A DNA stretch of 64,000 nt, from the NCBI GenBank assembly GCA_000091205.1, contig AP006494.2; one strand, 5' to 3'. The position numbers were made by a program, and so were the translations under genes. Of the stretch, positions 33,673 through 43,842 are shown piece after piece. The notes below the pieces were generated by a model. The model was not told the origin of the DNA and made no database searches. It saw nothing but the letters and a program-made list of their open reading frames with translations. The first letter of the stretch is position 1. Each line of letters begins with the position of its first letter. Source of the stretch: Cyanidioschyzon merolae (taxonomy: Eukaryota).

Positions 33673-34878
33673 ATGGCTGTGGGAACCAGATGGTTCATTC
33701 TGAGCAGGAAACTTTCAGGACTGCCTCCGCAGCGTCCTCGCCTCGAGGCGCTGCGAGCGCTGCTCCAGTCTGAAACCCCGGCTTTTGAGTTAGCTACCGA
33801 TGTGCCTGCTCAAGCAAGCGACCAGCTCGAGTGCTCCAAGCCTCACCGCGTCGACGCATACGCAGTGCAGAAAAAGCCTGAATGGCTGCAGGTGCGTCCT
33901 GCTGGTGACCACAAGTCCGTGGCTGAGTACAGGCGGCTCTACCGTGCAGTGCGTGACTTGAACTTGCACACCGTATGTGAGGAGGCCCGGTGTCCTAACA
34001 TTGGCGAGTGTTGGGGCGGTGGAACTGCGACAATAATGCTTATGGGAGACACTTGTACCCGAGGTTGTCGATTTTGCAGCATTAAAACTTCTCGAAGCCC
34101 GCCACCACTCGACCCAGCCGAACCGGAGAATGTGAGCTCTACTATTTCTCGATGGGGTCTCCGCTACGTTGTTCTCACGAGCGTCGATAGAGACGACCTT
34201 ACTGACGGGGGCGCTGCGCACATTGCCTCAACCGTGAAGCTTTTGAAACAGAGAGTGCCTTCTATTTTGGTGGAGACGCTTACTCCGGATTTCGGCGGGT
34301 CTACGTCGGCTGTTCACACGGTCGTTGAGTCCGGAGTCGATGTTTTCGCGCATAACATTGAGACTGTTGAGCGACTTCAACATGTTGTTCGTGACCGGAG
34401 AGCCGGTTACAAGCAGAGCCTGTATGTTCTGGAACAAGCCAAGGCGCATCCACAGCGTGGCAAGGAGATAGTGACCAAGTCCAGCATCATGCTGGGCGTC
34501 GGAGAGACCCGAGCAGAAGTCAAGCAGAGTATGATGGATCTTTTAAATGCTGGGGTCCAGATTCTTACATTGGGACAATATCTGCGACCGTCTCGAAAAA
34601 ATATGAAAGTTGAAGAATGGATTCATCCTGATGAATTCGAGGAATGGAAACACGAAGGTGAGAAACTCGGCTTTCTTTACGTAGCATCGGGCCCACTTGT
34701 CCGTTCTTCGTATAGAGCAGGTGAATTTTTCATAGAGTCTTTGTTCCGGAAAGAGCACAAACAAAGCGCCTCCAGGGGAAGCACCTCCTGGGAGAAAAAT
34801 ATTGGGTCAGGCACAGTTGCTGAGGCGGAACGACAGTATCAAGAGAATTTATCGCAGAGACCCTCACCTGTCGCCTAG
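33673..34878 (+). CDS. LIAS: lipoyl synthase, mitochondrial-type
   Basis: Radical-SAM and auxiliary cluster motifs [14 protein letters not shown] and [12 protein letters not shown], and a full-length family match. The N-terminal presequence is Arg-rich. Confidence 0.9.
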   Translation: MAVGTRWFILSRKLSGLPPQRPRLEALRALLQSETPAFELATDVPAQASDQLECSKPHRVDAYAVQKKPEWLQVRPAGDHKSVAEYRRLYRAVRDLNLHTVCEEARCPNIGECWGGGTATIMLMGDTCTRGCRFCSIKTSRSPPPLDPAEPENVSSTISRWGLRYVVLTSVDRDDLTDGGAAHIASTVKLLKQRVPSILVETLTPDFGGSTSAVHTVVESGVDVFAHNIETVERLQHVVRDRRAGYKQSLYVLEQAKAHPQRGKEIVTKSSIMLGVGETRAEVKQSMMDLLNAGVQILTLGQYLRPSRKNMKVEEWIHPDEFEEWKHEGEKLGFLYVASGPLVRSSYRAGEFFIESLFRKEHKQSASRGSTSWEKNIGSGTVAEAERQYQENLSQRPSPVA

Positions 34879-35286
34879 CTGGATCTCGAATCTTTGGAGT
34901 TGGCTCGGTAAGCCTAATAATGGCACCCGCACGCTCGAAGGCTTAGTACTCTTGTTCATAGCAATCTCTGCTTTTATCTTAAATTAGGTCTCTCGGAGCG
35001 GCCCGCGAGATTAAGCTCCCAGAATCGACCTGAAGGAACGATTCCCTTTCTTCATGCCTTAAACTACCTGAATATGAACGAGATTTCCCGAAAATATGCA
35101 CGCTACTGGCGAGCTAACGACGGTGTGAACCACATCACATTTGCTGTACGCTCTTCTGTTTCCAAAGCGGTGGGCATTGGGTTTGATTGAAAAGTGCTAC
35201 AAAATGAAGAAATACATAACAATAAGTTATGGATTTTTTGAATTCATCTAGTATTTATCTTCGATCCTAGCCTAAAACAAACGTGA

Positions 35287-36196
35287 ATGAGCGCTCAGGA
35301 GAGGTTAACTTGTCGGAACCATGAAACGATACAATCGCATCTCGGTACTCGTATCGCCTTGCGCAAAGCGCGTGGCTTCACAGTGCTCTGCAAGACTCAG
35401 TATAGCAGCGCTTACATGTCACATCGGAGTGCGTTCTTTGTGCTCCCCGGTGAGGTGACTGGAAACGCCGAAGAACTTGCTTATAATGCTTCTGGCGTGT
35501 TCTACAAGTGGGACTTGGAGCTGCGTTCGCTCTACGCTGGAGTCTTAACCTGCTCCGAGCAGTGCGCAACTTCTGCAAAGGCTGCGCAACGACTAGCAAC
35601 AGTGCAGTGTGACCTCGAAAACCCCAGGGGTGACCAAAAAGCTAGCGCACTTATACCGAGACCAGGAAAACGCGTCATTGCTGTTGTTTTGAGGGTCAAC
35701 AGACGCCAGGCGACTGCACTGATTCTTCATGTGGGGACAGTTCCAGCGAAAAGCGAATTTATAGGTGTTGTCCGTCAACAGGATATTCAGGAGGATAACT
35801 GGGACTCGGTGCGCGTCTACGACCATTTGCAACCGGGCGACCTTATTGCAGCGGTCGTGCTCTCAGATCTAGAGCAGAAGCACTATTACCTTCGCGTGGC
35901 ATCGATGCCTTTTTTAATTCGGCGATAACGTCCCGGGGTCTGGCAACTTTTACGCTGTCGTGGAAGAGAAAAACTCTAGTCTTATATCCGCTTGCTGTTG
36001 CAGTGAGCAGGAGGATCGGGCTCGTGAGAGGAGTTCCAACGGTCCTCGTCACTATGAAAGCGACCTTTTCCAATGGAATGGAGTGACTGAAACGACGGAA
36101 ACGATCTTCGCTCACAGCGTTGGGCGCGGAGGCTGCGAGTGCCAGTACATTTTGGCAGCATCGAAGGCACACTTGTCGACGAGATCGACGCGTTAG
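35287..36196 (+). CDS. exosome complex component CSL4 (EXOSC1); the ORF is split, probably by one short intron
   Basis: The S1 region RVIAVVLRVNRRQATALILHVGTVPAKSEF...PGDLIAAVVLSDLEQKHYYLRVAS matches CSL4 (IVTCKVSSINSRFAKVHILYVGSMPLKNSF...PGDIVLAKVISLGDAQSNYLLTTA). The expected continuation (ENELGVVVAHSESG plus the Zn-ribbon) reappears as ETTETIFAHSVGRGGCEC in another frame at about 36080-36196. Exon 1 is roughly 35287..35905 and exon 2 roughly 36078..36196. Confidence 0.55.
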
Positions 36197-36360
36197 CGGC
36201 CAGTTGTTTGCTAAGTTACAGGCAAAGCGAACAACGTTTGGAATCGAATCTAGATTTTCGAAAACCCCCAGCCTCTTTTCAAAAAAGTTTCTTGTTTTAC
36301 TGTTTACATCAGAATCGAAGCAAGTCATACCCATTACCAGGTTTTGCAAAGGCATGACGC

Positions 36361-37668
36361 TCACACGGAGGCAGTGCGCAAGGAGATGTTCCGCGCTGCT
36401 GATTCCCGTGATATGCGAAGCATCTGGTTGGTTGAATATGGGCCTCTCTCATGCAATTTCAGGAGCGTCACGGAATCGCCATCACTGAACACAGAGAATG
36501 GCTCGCTCATCCCTAGTGTCAATGAGGAGCGAGTTTCGTTCGTCTCTAGCCCGATGTTCGCCTTAACGCCTGTACGAAGCACCACAAATGGGTACTGAAC
36601 CCGAATGCCGTCCGTCCCCTTTGAAACGGATGCATCTTCTGGAACCATGCGATTCTCAGAAAGGCGCAAGGCTCTTACGCGTTTCGTGCCACTCGTATTG
36701 GAATTTTCGTCCCATAGTGTATATCCAGCATGTAATTCAGATTCCATGAGCTCGTGCTGTGCCTCGTGATTTTGGTCCAAACTCGTGGTCTCCTCTTGTC
36801 CAAACGCTGAGGCACCATTGCCGGCGGGAAATCTCTTGTGCGACGGAAGGCCATCAGGGCATATGTCTTTGTCGAGCGTCTCGCAAGACTTTTCTTGGCT
36901 GTTTCGTGTGATGAGATTCATAAATGCAGCCTGCTGCTCTGCCAAATCTCTGGCGATTTCCTGTTTTGTTTGAATGGAGGCCCTCAGTTCCTCGACGCGG
37001 AGTCGCAAACGCCGTATTTCGGTGTACCGAGGGTCGATGCGCTCGCCTGGAATCCCACGCCAGTGCACGCTACCATTTTCACCTTTTTCTATAGTTCCAG
37101 TGGCAAGAAGTACGTTGAATATATCATATATGCGGCGCCTAAGAGTCCGTTCAGCACAATTTCGCTCATCAGTGTAACCGTCTTCGCCGTACCTGGGGCT
37201 TGCAATGGTGCGTCCATTCCGCAATGGTGAGGCCTCGTGGGCCACTACGCACGCTAACCTATCTTTGCGCGCGGGCGACACCTCATGGAGTATGCCTTCC
37301 AGGTTTGCAGCGCTAGTTCGCTCTAATGTTTGCCCTTGCACAACGTCAGAACCAAGAAATTCTTCCACGAGCTCGTCAGCGATCCTAGCGTACGTCGCGA
37401 AACCAAGCAAACGAAGCTTCCGGCAGAAAGAAACGCTCAGTAACCGAAGTCCCTTGGAGGAGCGAGAAGGTGTCGGCTTTTCAGCCAAACAACCCCGCTG
37501 ACGCACAAGAGGTGTGCTTTGAGTGGCACGAACCGTTCGATTATCCATGGCGTTCCTGAGCGAGGCACTGTAACCTCTACAGGTAACGATTACGGATGCT
37601 GCGTCTCGTTGGCTACGGTGTCTGAAAAGCGATAAAGACACCTTTTCAAGGGGCGGATGCTTCCGCAA
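36361..37668 (-). CDS. transcription factor DP (E2F dimerisation partner)
   Basis: GLRLLSVSFCRKLRLLGFATYARIADELVEEF and RRRIYDIFNVLLATGTIEKGENGSVHWRGIP match the TFDP DNA-binding and DP domains ([32 protein letters not shown] and [30 protein letters not shown]), with an insertion between them. Confidence 0.6.
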   Translation of the reverse strand: MRKHPPLEKVSLSLFRHRSQRDAASVIVTCRGYSASLRNAMDNRTVRATQSTPLVRQRGCLAEKPTPSRSSKGLRLLSVSFCRKLRLLGFATYARIADELVEEFLGSDVVQGQTLERTSAANLEGILHEVSPARKDRLACVVAHEASPLRNGRTIASPRYGEDGYTDERNCAERTLRRRIYDIFNVLLATGTIEKGENGSVHWRGIPGERIDPRYTEIRRLRLRVEELRASIQTKQEIARDLAEQQAAFMNLITRNSQEKSCETLDKDICPDGLPSHKRFPAGNGASAFGQEETTSLDQNHEAQHELMESELHAGYTLWDENSNTSGTKRVRALRLSENRMVPEDASVSKGTDGIRVQYPFVVLRTGVKANIGLETNETRSSLTLGMSEPFSVFSDGDSVTLLKLHERGPYSTNQMLRISRESAARNISLRTASV

Positions 37669-38931
37669 CCGTACCTTGGCGACAGCAGTCCAATAAGAAG
37701 CTGCGCTGGCTGGTCTTGCGGCACTGCAAACTACCCTCAGAGCACATTGGCAGGTAGAGCGCGCCCCTGCGACGTCCGAGAATCACCCGCCTCTGTACGC
37801 GCGCGAAAACAGAGCGCTGCGACCGGAGTTGCGATTTCGATGCCGCGCAGCGCCTCGACGGCAACGCGGGTTATCAGCGTAATCGTGCGCGGCAACTGTT
37901 CATGTGCGTAGTTCAACGCGATTCCTCATCGCTCAGGCGGGTGCGTCTACGCGGAGCGGTGTTTATTCGTTGCTCGATCATGCAGGGGAGTGCGAGCGGT
38001 GGCTTCCGAGTACGAGATGGAGCACAATTACGTTTTGCTTCTTGTGTGGGGCCCTTCGCACGGAAGATTTTGAAAGTTCACCGTTGAGAGCGGCCTACCG
38101 TTCGGATGTTGCCCTCAGAGTGTAGATGGTCATCGCTAGCGATAAATGTGGATGCTCCTCGCGTGTAGAGCTTGCTGGCATGGACGGAAACCTGAGTGTT
38201 TATCACGGTTTTCACATTCACGCTTCAACCTTGACTGTCGATCTTAGGGCGGGATTTGAAGAGATTGCAGCGCCGATTCGCGATAAGCGCTCAAGCGTCG
38301 TGTAATCCAATCTACCAAATAATTTGCAGCATTTCGGGACTGATGTTTCCTGCCAGGACACCTTGACAGGTGCTCGTCTAGAAACGTGCATGATGATTGG
38401 CTTCATTGCTGTTGCCACTGAGCAAACTTCGGGATAATAGTGCCCTCATGGTTTCTCTTCTGAGTCCAAACCGAAAAGGGATCCCGAAGCGGACAGCGTG
38501 CATCAATTGGTGCACTTTTTGGTTAGTAACGGATCTGGCGCGGGGCGTGGAACTCGAAACTTTCTGGCGCTCGTCTGGTTAACCACAATCGCAGCCGATC
38601 CCGATATGGGTACAGCAAAGCAGCTCAGTCTCCGCGAGGCGATCAAAGCAGGATGCGTCCGGCATAGCCGCACGTGCCCTCCTTTGTCTCGATGCCCAGA
38701 GAATCCTCGAATAAATCTATCCTTTTTTCTTAGGCAAATAATTACCTGGCGTCGTTGGAATGCACACGAGCTTGGATTGCAGCGGCAGTCGTTTTCCCAA
38801 TTTTCTTGCGAACCGCGCATCCTGGAATATGGTTACATGTACCGATTTCGCCTCAGGAAGAAAGCCGTCCGCTTTGACGAAATCATGCTCGTTATTTTGA
38901 CCACAATGGCGGCTTTGAAGGGCCTCACTTT

Positions 38932-40312
38932 TTCCGATTAACGCACCACACTTTGTCAGACAAGATTTTTACGGGTCCATCGATTTTCCTCCAGCGCCCG
39001 CTTCCGAGTTGGGGTTTCTTCGCACAATCATCGATACCTGCTGTTGGCGGCTTGTTCCGAGACTGCCTACCTTTCCCTTATCTTGTCTCTGGCTATGAGT
39101 ACACCGGTCTCTCGTGCCTCATCAACTCCCAGATCTGATGTCGATGGATGCTGATGGCAGTGCAAGTCCCGATTACACCGCACGGGGATATTGTCGACGC
39201 ATTTCGTGCATTGGCAAATGTTGCAATGTATGCTTCATTTGCCATATTCACCTTCTTTGTATACAGCCCCTGTGCTCGCTTCGTAACGGCAACACAAGGC
39301 TATGCGTAGATGAGACCTTATCCTCACCACAACTCATCCTCCAAGCGCCACCGCGTGGCGCGTGAGCACTTGATTCAGCGCTCGATACATGCCCCCGAAG
39401 GGCACAGAGTCCTCCCTGGATGCTCTTCGCGACATCTGCAACCAGTGCTGCACCGCACGACGACGGGTTTCTTCTAGGCGACAAACTCGGCGAGTACGCT
39501 GTCCAACGGGCGCGTAGGCGCACATTGTCCCATTCGATAGCGGATTTGTGGAGAGCGATGTCGTCTAGTGTGAAACAAGGACCAGAAGAAATATCGACGC
39601 TGGAGATCGAGTCCAGAATATTCTCTCCATCCGCGCTCCCTTCGTGCAATAGAGTTGCATAGTACCCATTGGAAGCGATCATTAGATAGCAAAGGCGAGT
39701 CCGAGACCATTTTGGATGCAAAGCGAAGCGACGGGAGCCTCCAGGAGCATATACCATGAAAGGTATCAGGCTGTGTGGAATCCCGCGACATCGATGGACA
39801 CAAGGCAACATGGTTTGTCTTTCTGACGGACATTATCATCGGATATGACACAATCTGTGAACTTTTGGCATGAGCTCCTGATCAAGTCGTCAAGGAACCT
39901 GGTCGAGTACTTATCATCGTCAATGCAGCGGAGCGCGTCCCTGTGCCCGCGAGCTGCCTTGAAACAGTCAGACCGAAAGCTTGGGGAACTCATGATTTGG
40001 ATATGCTTGATGCAGGAAAAGCGGAGGAATGGAGGCCTTTGGATAAGAACTGCATAATGGTATCGGTTATTTTACTGACGTGGGGTTGAGGGCGTCGCGA
40101 ATCATCGTGGTTTCGACGAATTAACGGATTCTAGCGACAGGAAGGGACTGCTCCGAAAAGATGACCAGTATCGTAAACCAAGGAAAGAGTGCGTAAGTCC
40201 GCATTGATGTGCTTCGAAGGTCAAGGCTGTTCATCTAGAAAAAGCTGGGGAAAGAACGGAAATACAGGAGGAGAGCGAAGAATTCCGTGTTCTGTTTTGA
40301 TCTGACATGAGA
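38932..40312 (-). mobile_element. repeat family C, copy 1 (about 1.38 kb); left arm of an inverted pair
   Basis: It is the reverse complement of 43843-45224. ORFs 39248..39811, 39114..39365 and 39845..40057 are identical to 44152..44901, 44784..45035 and 44088..44300. It encodes a transposase-like fragment on the minus strand. Its inner end is ...gttttgatctgacatg. Confidence 0.85.
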
Positions 40313-42376
40313 AGGAAGCGTAGCTTGGTTTTTGATTTGCGCGCTCATTTCTCTCCCCAGTTTCCTGCAGCTACACGTTTGGGAACAAACATGGCTCACC
40401 CTGTGAGTCTTCACTGGTTAAGACGGACGGATGACGTAGCACTTCACCGGGACGCTATCAATTCCGTGGTTTCAGTGCAATCGAGTGAATCGCAGCCTCA
40501 AGACGAGCTGTTGCTGTCAGAGAGTCGCGCTGGTGCTACGGCTTCGACGTTGGGAACGTCATCAAAGCCTTCGTTAGCTGAAGTTTCAACCGGAATTAAG
40601 CCGCAAACCAATATACAACGTGACTCACTTCGCTTACCTGAAACAGAGCGAGAGTATGAAAAGAGATCGCGTTCGAGCCAGTGGGCGAATGGAGACCTGA
40701 GTTTTCCCGAGAGAGAATGCCCGACTGTGGAAGTGAAACCTCGTTTCAGGCGAAGAATCATTTTTGGTGAGAGAAGGCAGTACGCGTTCTTTCAGGATGC
40801 TTTGTTTCCAGCTCTGTCTGACGCACCAGAGACGAGAGGTGCTATGGCCGATTCGCCCTCCGCGGACACTCCAAAACCCGCCTCCCTTGAAAGCTGTTCA
40901 GAAAGGGGAAACGGAGCCGCTTTGCACAAGACGAGAGACTCGTGCGACGTCGTTCCTGCGTTTCGGGAAAGCATTTGTTTGGGAGCTGATGCGAACAGAC
41001 TGAGCGCCGTATCCGGAGACTCTCTCAAGCTCGAAGATGATTCGAACCAGAAGCATTTTTCACTGGATAGCTCCCTAGGCCCGAACTCAAGGGCTGCCTT
41101 ATCTGATGAAATTAGCTTCCCAGGGGCACGGACGCATAGCTCAGAAGCGCTGCAGTTGGAGCTGAACAAAAGCGCCGAGAATGCGGAGTGCTCAACGATC
41201 TACGTCTATCTTTACCCCGATGGTTATTCATTTTCAGAAACAGGGTACCCTAGGTTCAGTTTCGATGGAAACTCTGATCGAATACTCTTTTGCTTAGATC
41301 AGGGTGTCCTGCCCTCTAGTTTTGAATTTCGCGCTCCGAAACGGGCTGACAGCATCAATAACGTTCGTGACGCGGTCATACTGGATTATACGCGGCCGAA
41401 GCCAAAGAAATTCCACATTACTTTGAGGCCTGACTATTTGAATATATGCCTCGCAATTGCAGAAAGTCCATACGCTCGGGAACTAAGACAAGCAGATAGA
41501 GTGCTGCAGTTGGAAGCAGAGCTACTTAAGCTTTTGCACGTTTTGGATGACTTGGAGCCTCGACTTGACCATCAAACGCTGTCGTCTCATACAGAATCCG
41601 CGCAGGTTCTTAACTTTGCTAGAACTGCAAGGCAGCATGTGGAGGTTACATTCACTAGATCACTTCCGCTTTTGCGGCTGTTTCTGACGAAACGTATGAA
41701 CAGAAATCGTCGATCCAGAGGAAAAGCAAACATCGATCTTGCATCACAGATGCTGCTTCTCGTGGCTGGCAACGAAAACCTTAACCGTTATCGTCGTACG
41801 CGAATGCGCAGCGTCACCGGTCTTCCAAGGCAGACTTCTTCCCTAGAGCTGAAGACGCCGGCAGACATTGCGGGCGCCCAACCTCTTCGAAGACCTAGTT
41901 TCTCAAACGTCATCGGGCGTTTGCTTCGGCAGCTTCGTTTCGTGTTGCATCGAGCGAGTGCAACCACGATCCAGCCAAAGTCCAACGAAGCCCCAGCTGT
42001 GACGAATGCGGACGAACCCTCTGGACAGTTGGATACCCCTACTGCGTCTGATCGAAACGCCCGACCTGCATCGAGATCGGGCGAACCAAGAATTGTATGT
42101 CTACTCGATATCATCGTCCGACCGCAACGCGGATGCGAATGTGTCATCCGCAGAGGTCAGGAAAAGAATCGAGATTTGGACATTCTACGCATCCCCGTTG
42201 GATCGGAAAGAAACGCTCACATTTTTGCGAACCAGTTTCGGCGCCTCATGCGTGGGGAAGGTTTCGTATGCGAGCAGGACTTGACGCTTCCGAGCGAGAA
42301 CAGGGTCACAGGGGAAGATAACGCTTCGGAGACGCCAGCGGCGGACGCTAGTGCTTTGCGGTTAACGAACGAGTAA
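40307..42376 (+). CDS. hypothetical Ser-rich protein (689 aa)
   Basis: A long uninterrupted ORF with low-complexity Ser/Arg-rich stretches. I recognise no domain. Its first ATG is the last three bases of the C inverted-repeat arm. Confidence 0.35.
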   Translation: MRRKRSLVFDLRAHFSPQFPAATRLGTNMAHPVSLHWLRRTDDVALHRDAINSVVSVQSSESQPQDELLLSESRAGATASTLGTSSKPSLAEVSTGIKPQTNIQRDSLRLPETEREYEKRSRSSQWANGDLSFPERECPTVEVKPRFRRRIIFGERRQYAFFQDALFPALSDAPETRGAMADSPSADTPKPASLESCSERGNGAALHKTRDSCDVVPAFRESICLGADANRLSAVSGDSLKLEDDSNQKHFSLDSSLGPNSRAALSDEISFPGARTHSSEALQLELNKSAENAECSTIYVYLYPDGYSFSETGYPRFSFDGNSDRILFCLDQGVLPSSFEFRAPKRADSINNVRDAVILDYTRPKPKKFHITLRPDYLNICLAIAESPYARELRQADRVLQLEAELLKLLHVLDDLEPRLDHQTLSSHTESAQVLNFARTARQHVEVTFTRSLPLLRLFLTKRMNRNRRSRGKANIDLASQMLLLVAGNENLNRYRRTRMRSVTGLPRQTSSLELKTPADIAGAQPLRRPSFSNVIGRLLRQLRFVLHRASATTIQPKSNEAPAVTNADEPSGQLDTPTASDRNARPASRSGEPRIVCLLDIIVRPQRGCECVIRRGQEKNRDLDILRIPVGSERNAHIFANQFRRLMRGEGFVCEQDLTLPSENRVTGEDNASETPAADASALRLTNE

Positions 42377-42554
42377 GACGGACCGTCATATTCCAAACCC
42401 AAAGATGGAAAATTCATGTTCCGATAGAATTTCTCATAGAGCATAGTGCATGTTGCTGCGCGAGGCGGCCGCATGTATAGGACTGGGGAGGCGTTCGACT
42501 GTTCCAGGCTGCATACAGGAGGTGAAGCAGCACGGCTGCTGAAATGACGCTTCT

Positions 42555-43709
42555 CTAAGCGCTTCGAACGGGCAATTTCCATGACGCGGCGATTTCATCG
42601 AGCGCAGGCTGAATTTCTTGATACTGAAACTTAAGACCGCTTTGCAACAGACGCTTTGGGAGCACGCGTTGGCCCTGGAGCACAAGTTCCGCCGCTTCGC
42701 CAAGAATCAGTTGAAGTGTGAAACTGGGTACCGGTAGCCAGTTCGGGCGTTTGAGCGCTCTTGCAAGTGAATCGCAAAACTTTTGAAACTGAACTGGGGT
42801 TGGCGCCGTGACGTTGTACACACCTTGAAAATCGGGTGATTCCAGCTCGTGCATGATAATGTTCACCAGATCTTGAATGTGTATCCACGATATCCACTGG
42901 CGTCCAGATCCAATCGTTCCACCTATGAACAAGTTAAAGAGCGGAAGCATTCGGCTCAAAGCCCCCCCATCCGGGCCGAGTACTATGCCAAATCGATTGA
43001 TGACTGTCCGGATTCCCGCATCTTGAGCAGCTGCTTCCCACTTCTTTGCGACTGATGCTAAAAAGTCCGTCCCTATCGAAGGCGAATCCTCGTCGAACGT
43101 TTCTACTTCAGATGTACCGTAGTAGCCAACAGCAGATGTGGAGATGAGAACCTTTGGTTTCCTATCAGCATGATGAACAGCTCGGACGAGCTGAAGGGTC
43201 CCGTTCACGCGGCTCTCCAGAATGCGCCTCTTGCGCTCTGCCGTCCACCTACCTTCTGAAATGGGTTCGCCAGCTAGATTAATTATAGCATCACTTCCAG
43301 CCACTGCCTCCACGACCTCCTTTGCCGGCGCATCGGCAGCAGTCGCTTCAAAGTATATTGCTTCCACCTTATAGTTAAAGGTTTTGCGGGCTTTCTCAGT
43401 ATCACGCGCCAAAAGCGTCACCGCCTTCCCCGAACCGAGAAGTTTGCGCACAAGCGCCCGGCCAACAAAGCCTGAGCCGCCACTCACAAGCACGGTTTTC
43501 GCCCTAGTATCGGATGCCTCAATGCGTAGACTATTTTTGAAAGCCCGTCGAGCACAGCGATTTGACGATTGAAGACAGTTTCTAGGCTCTTGTTTGCACC
43601 AGTCACCTACGAAGCTCGAGACACGAGGACATGCTCCAGCAAAAGCAGGCGCGTGCAAAAGCGGTCGCTGCTGATTTGGCAGAGCCAACAAGCAAAAGAA
43701 AGACAACAT
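42555..43709 (-). CDS. SDR39U1-type NAD-dependent epimerase/dehydratase (YfcH/DUF1731 family) with N-terminal targeting-like extension
   Basis: Rossmann motif VLVSGGSGFVGRAL and a full-length YfcH-like architecture with the C-terminal DUF1731 region (QQRVLPKRLLQSGLKFQY). A hydrophobic, Arg-rich leader of about 75 aa precedes the conserved core. Confidence 0.75.
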   Translation of the reverse strand: MLSFFCLLALPNQQRPLLHAPAFAGACPRVSSFVGDWCKQEPRNCLQSSNRCARRAFKNSLRIEASDTRAKTVLVSGGSGFVGRALVRKLLGSGKAVTLLARDTEKARKTFNYKVEAIYFEATAADAPAKEVVEAVAGSDAIINLAGEPISEGRWTAERKRRILESRVNGTLQLVRAVHHADRKPKVLISTSAVGYYGTSEVETFDEDSPSIGTDFLASVAKKWEAAAQDAGIRTVINRFGIVLGPDGGALSRMLPLFNLFIGGTIGSGRQWISWIHIQDLVNIIMHELESPDFQGVYNVTAPTPVQFQKFCDSLARALKRPNWLPVPSFTLQLILGEAAELVLQGQRVLPKRLLQSGLKFQYQEIQPALDEIAASWKLPVRSA

Positions 43710-43842
43710 TCTTTATCCAGTCCAACAAATCGGACGTGGCTATGCGCTCTGTTCACACACGAAAGATAAAGTGTACACCTGTGCAGGGTTAAGAAAAATT
43801 TGACGTTTGTTCACGCGCTTCAGGGAAGCTACTTCCATGTCA

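Noticed and set aside
35843-36364. 173-aa minus-strand ORF between CSL4 and TFDP
   Set aside because: It is antisense to the second CSL4 exon, whose frame carries the conserved AHS..GRGGCEC continuation. It has no motif.
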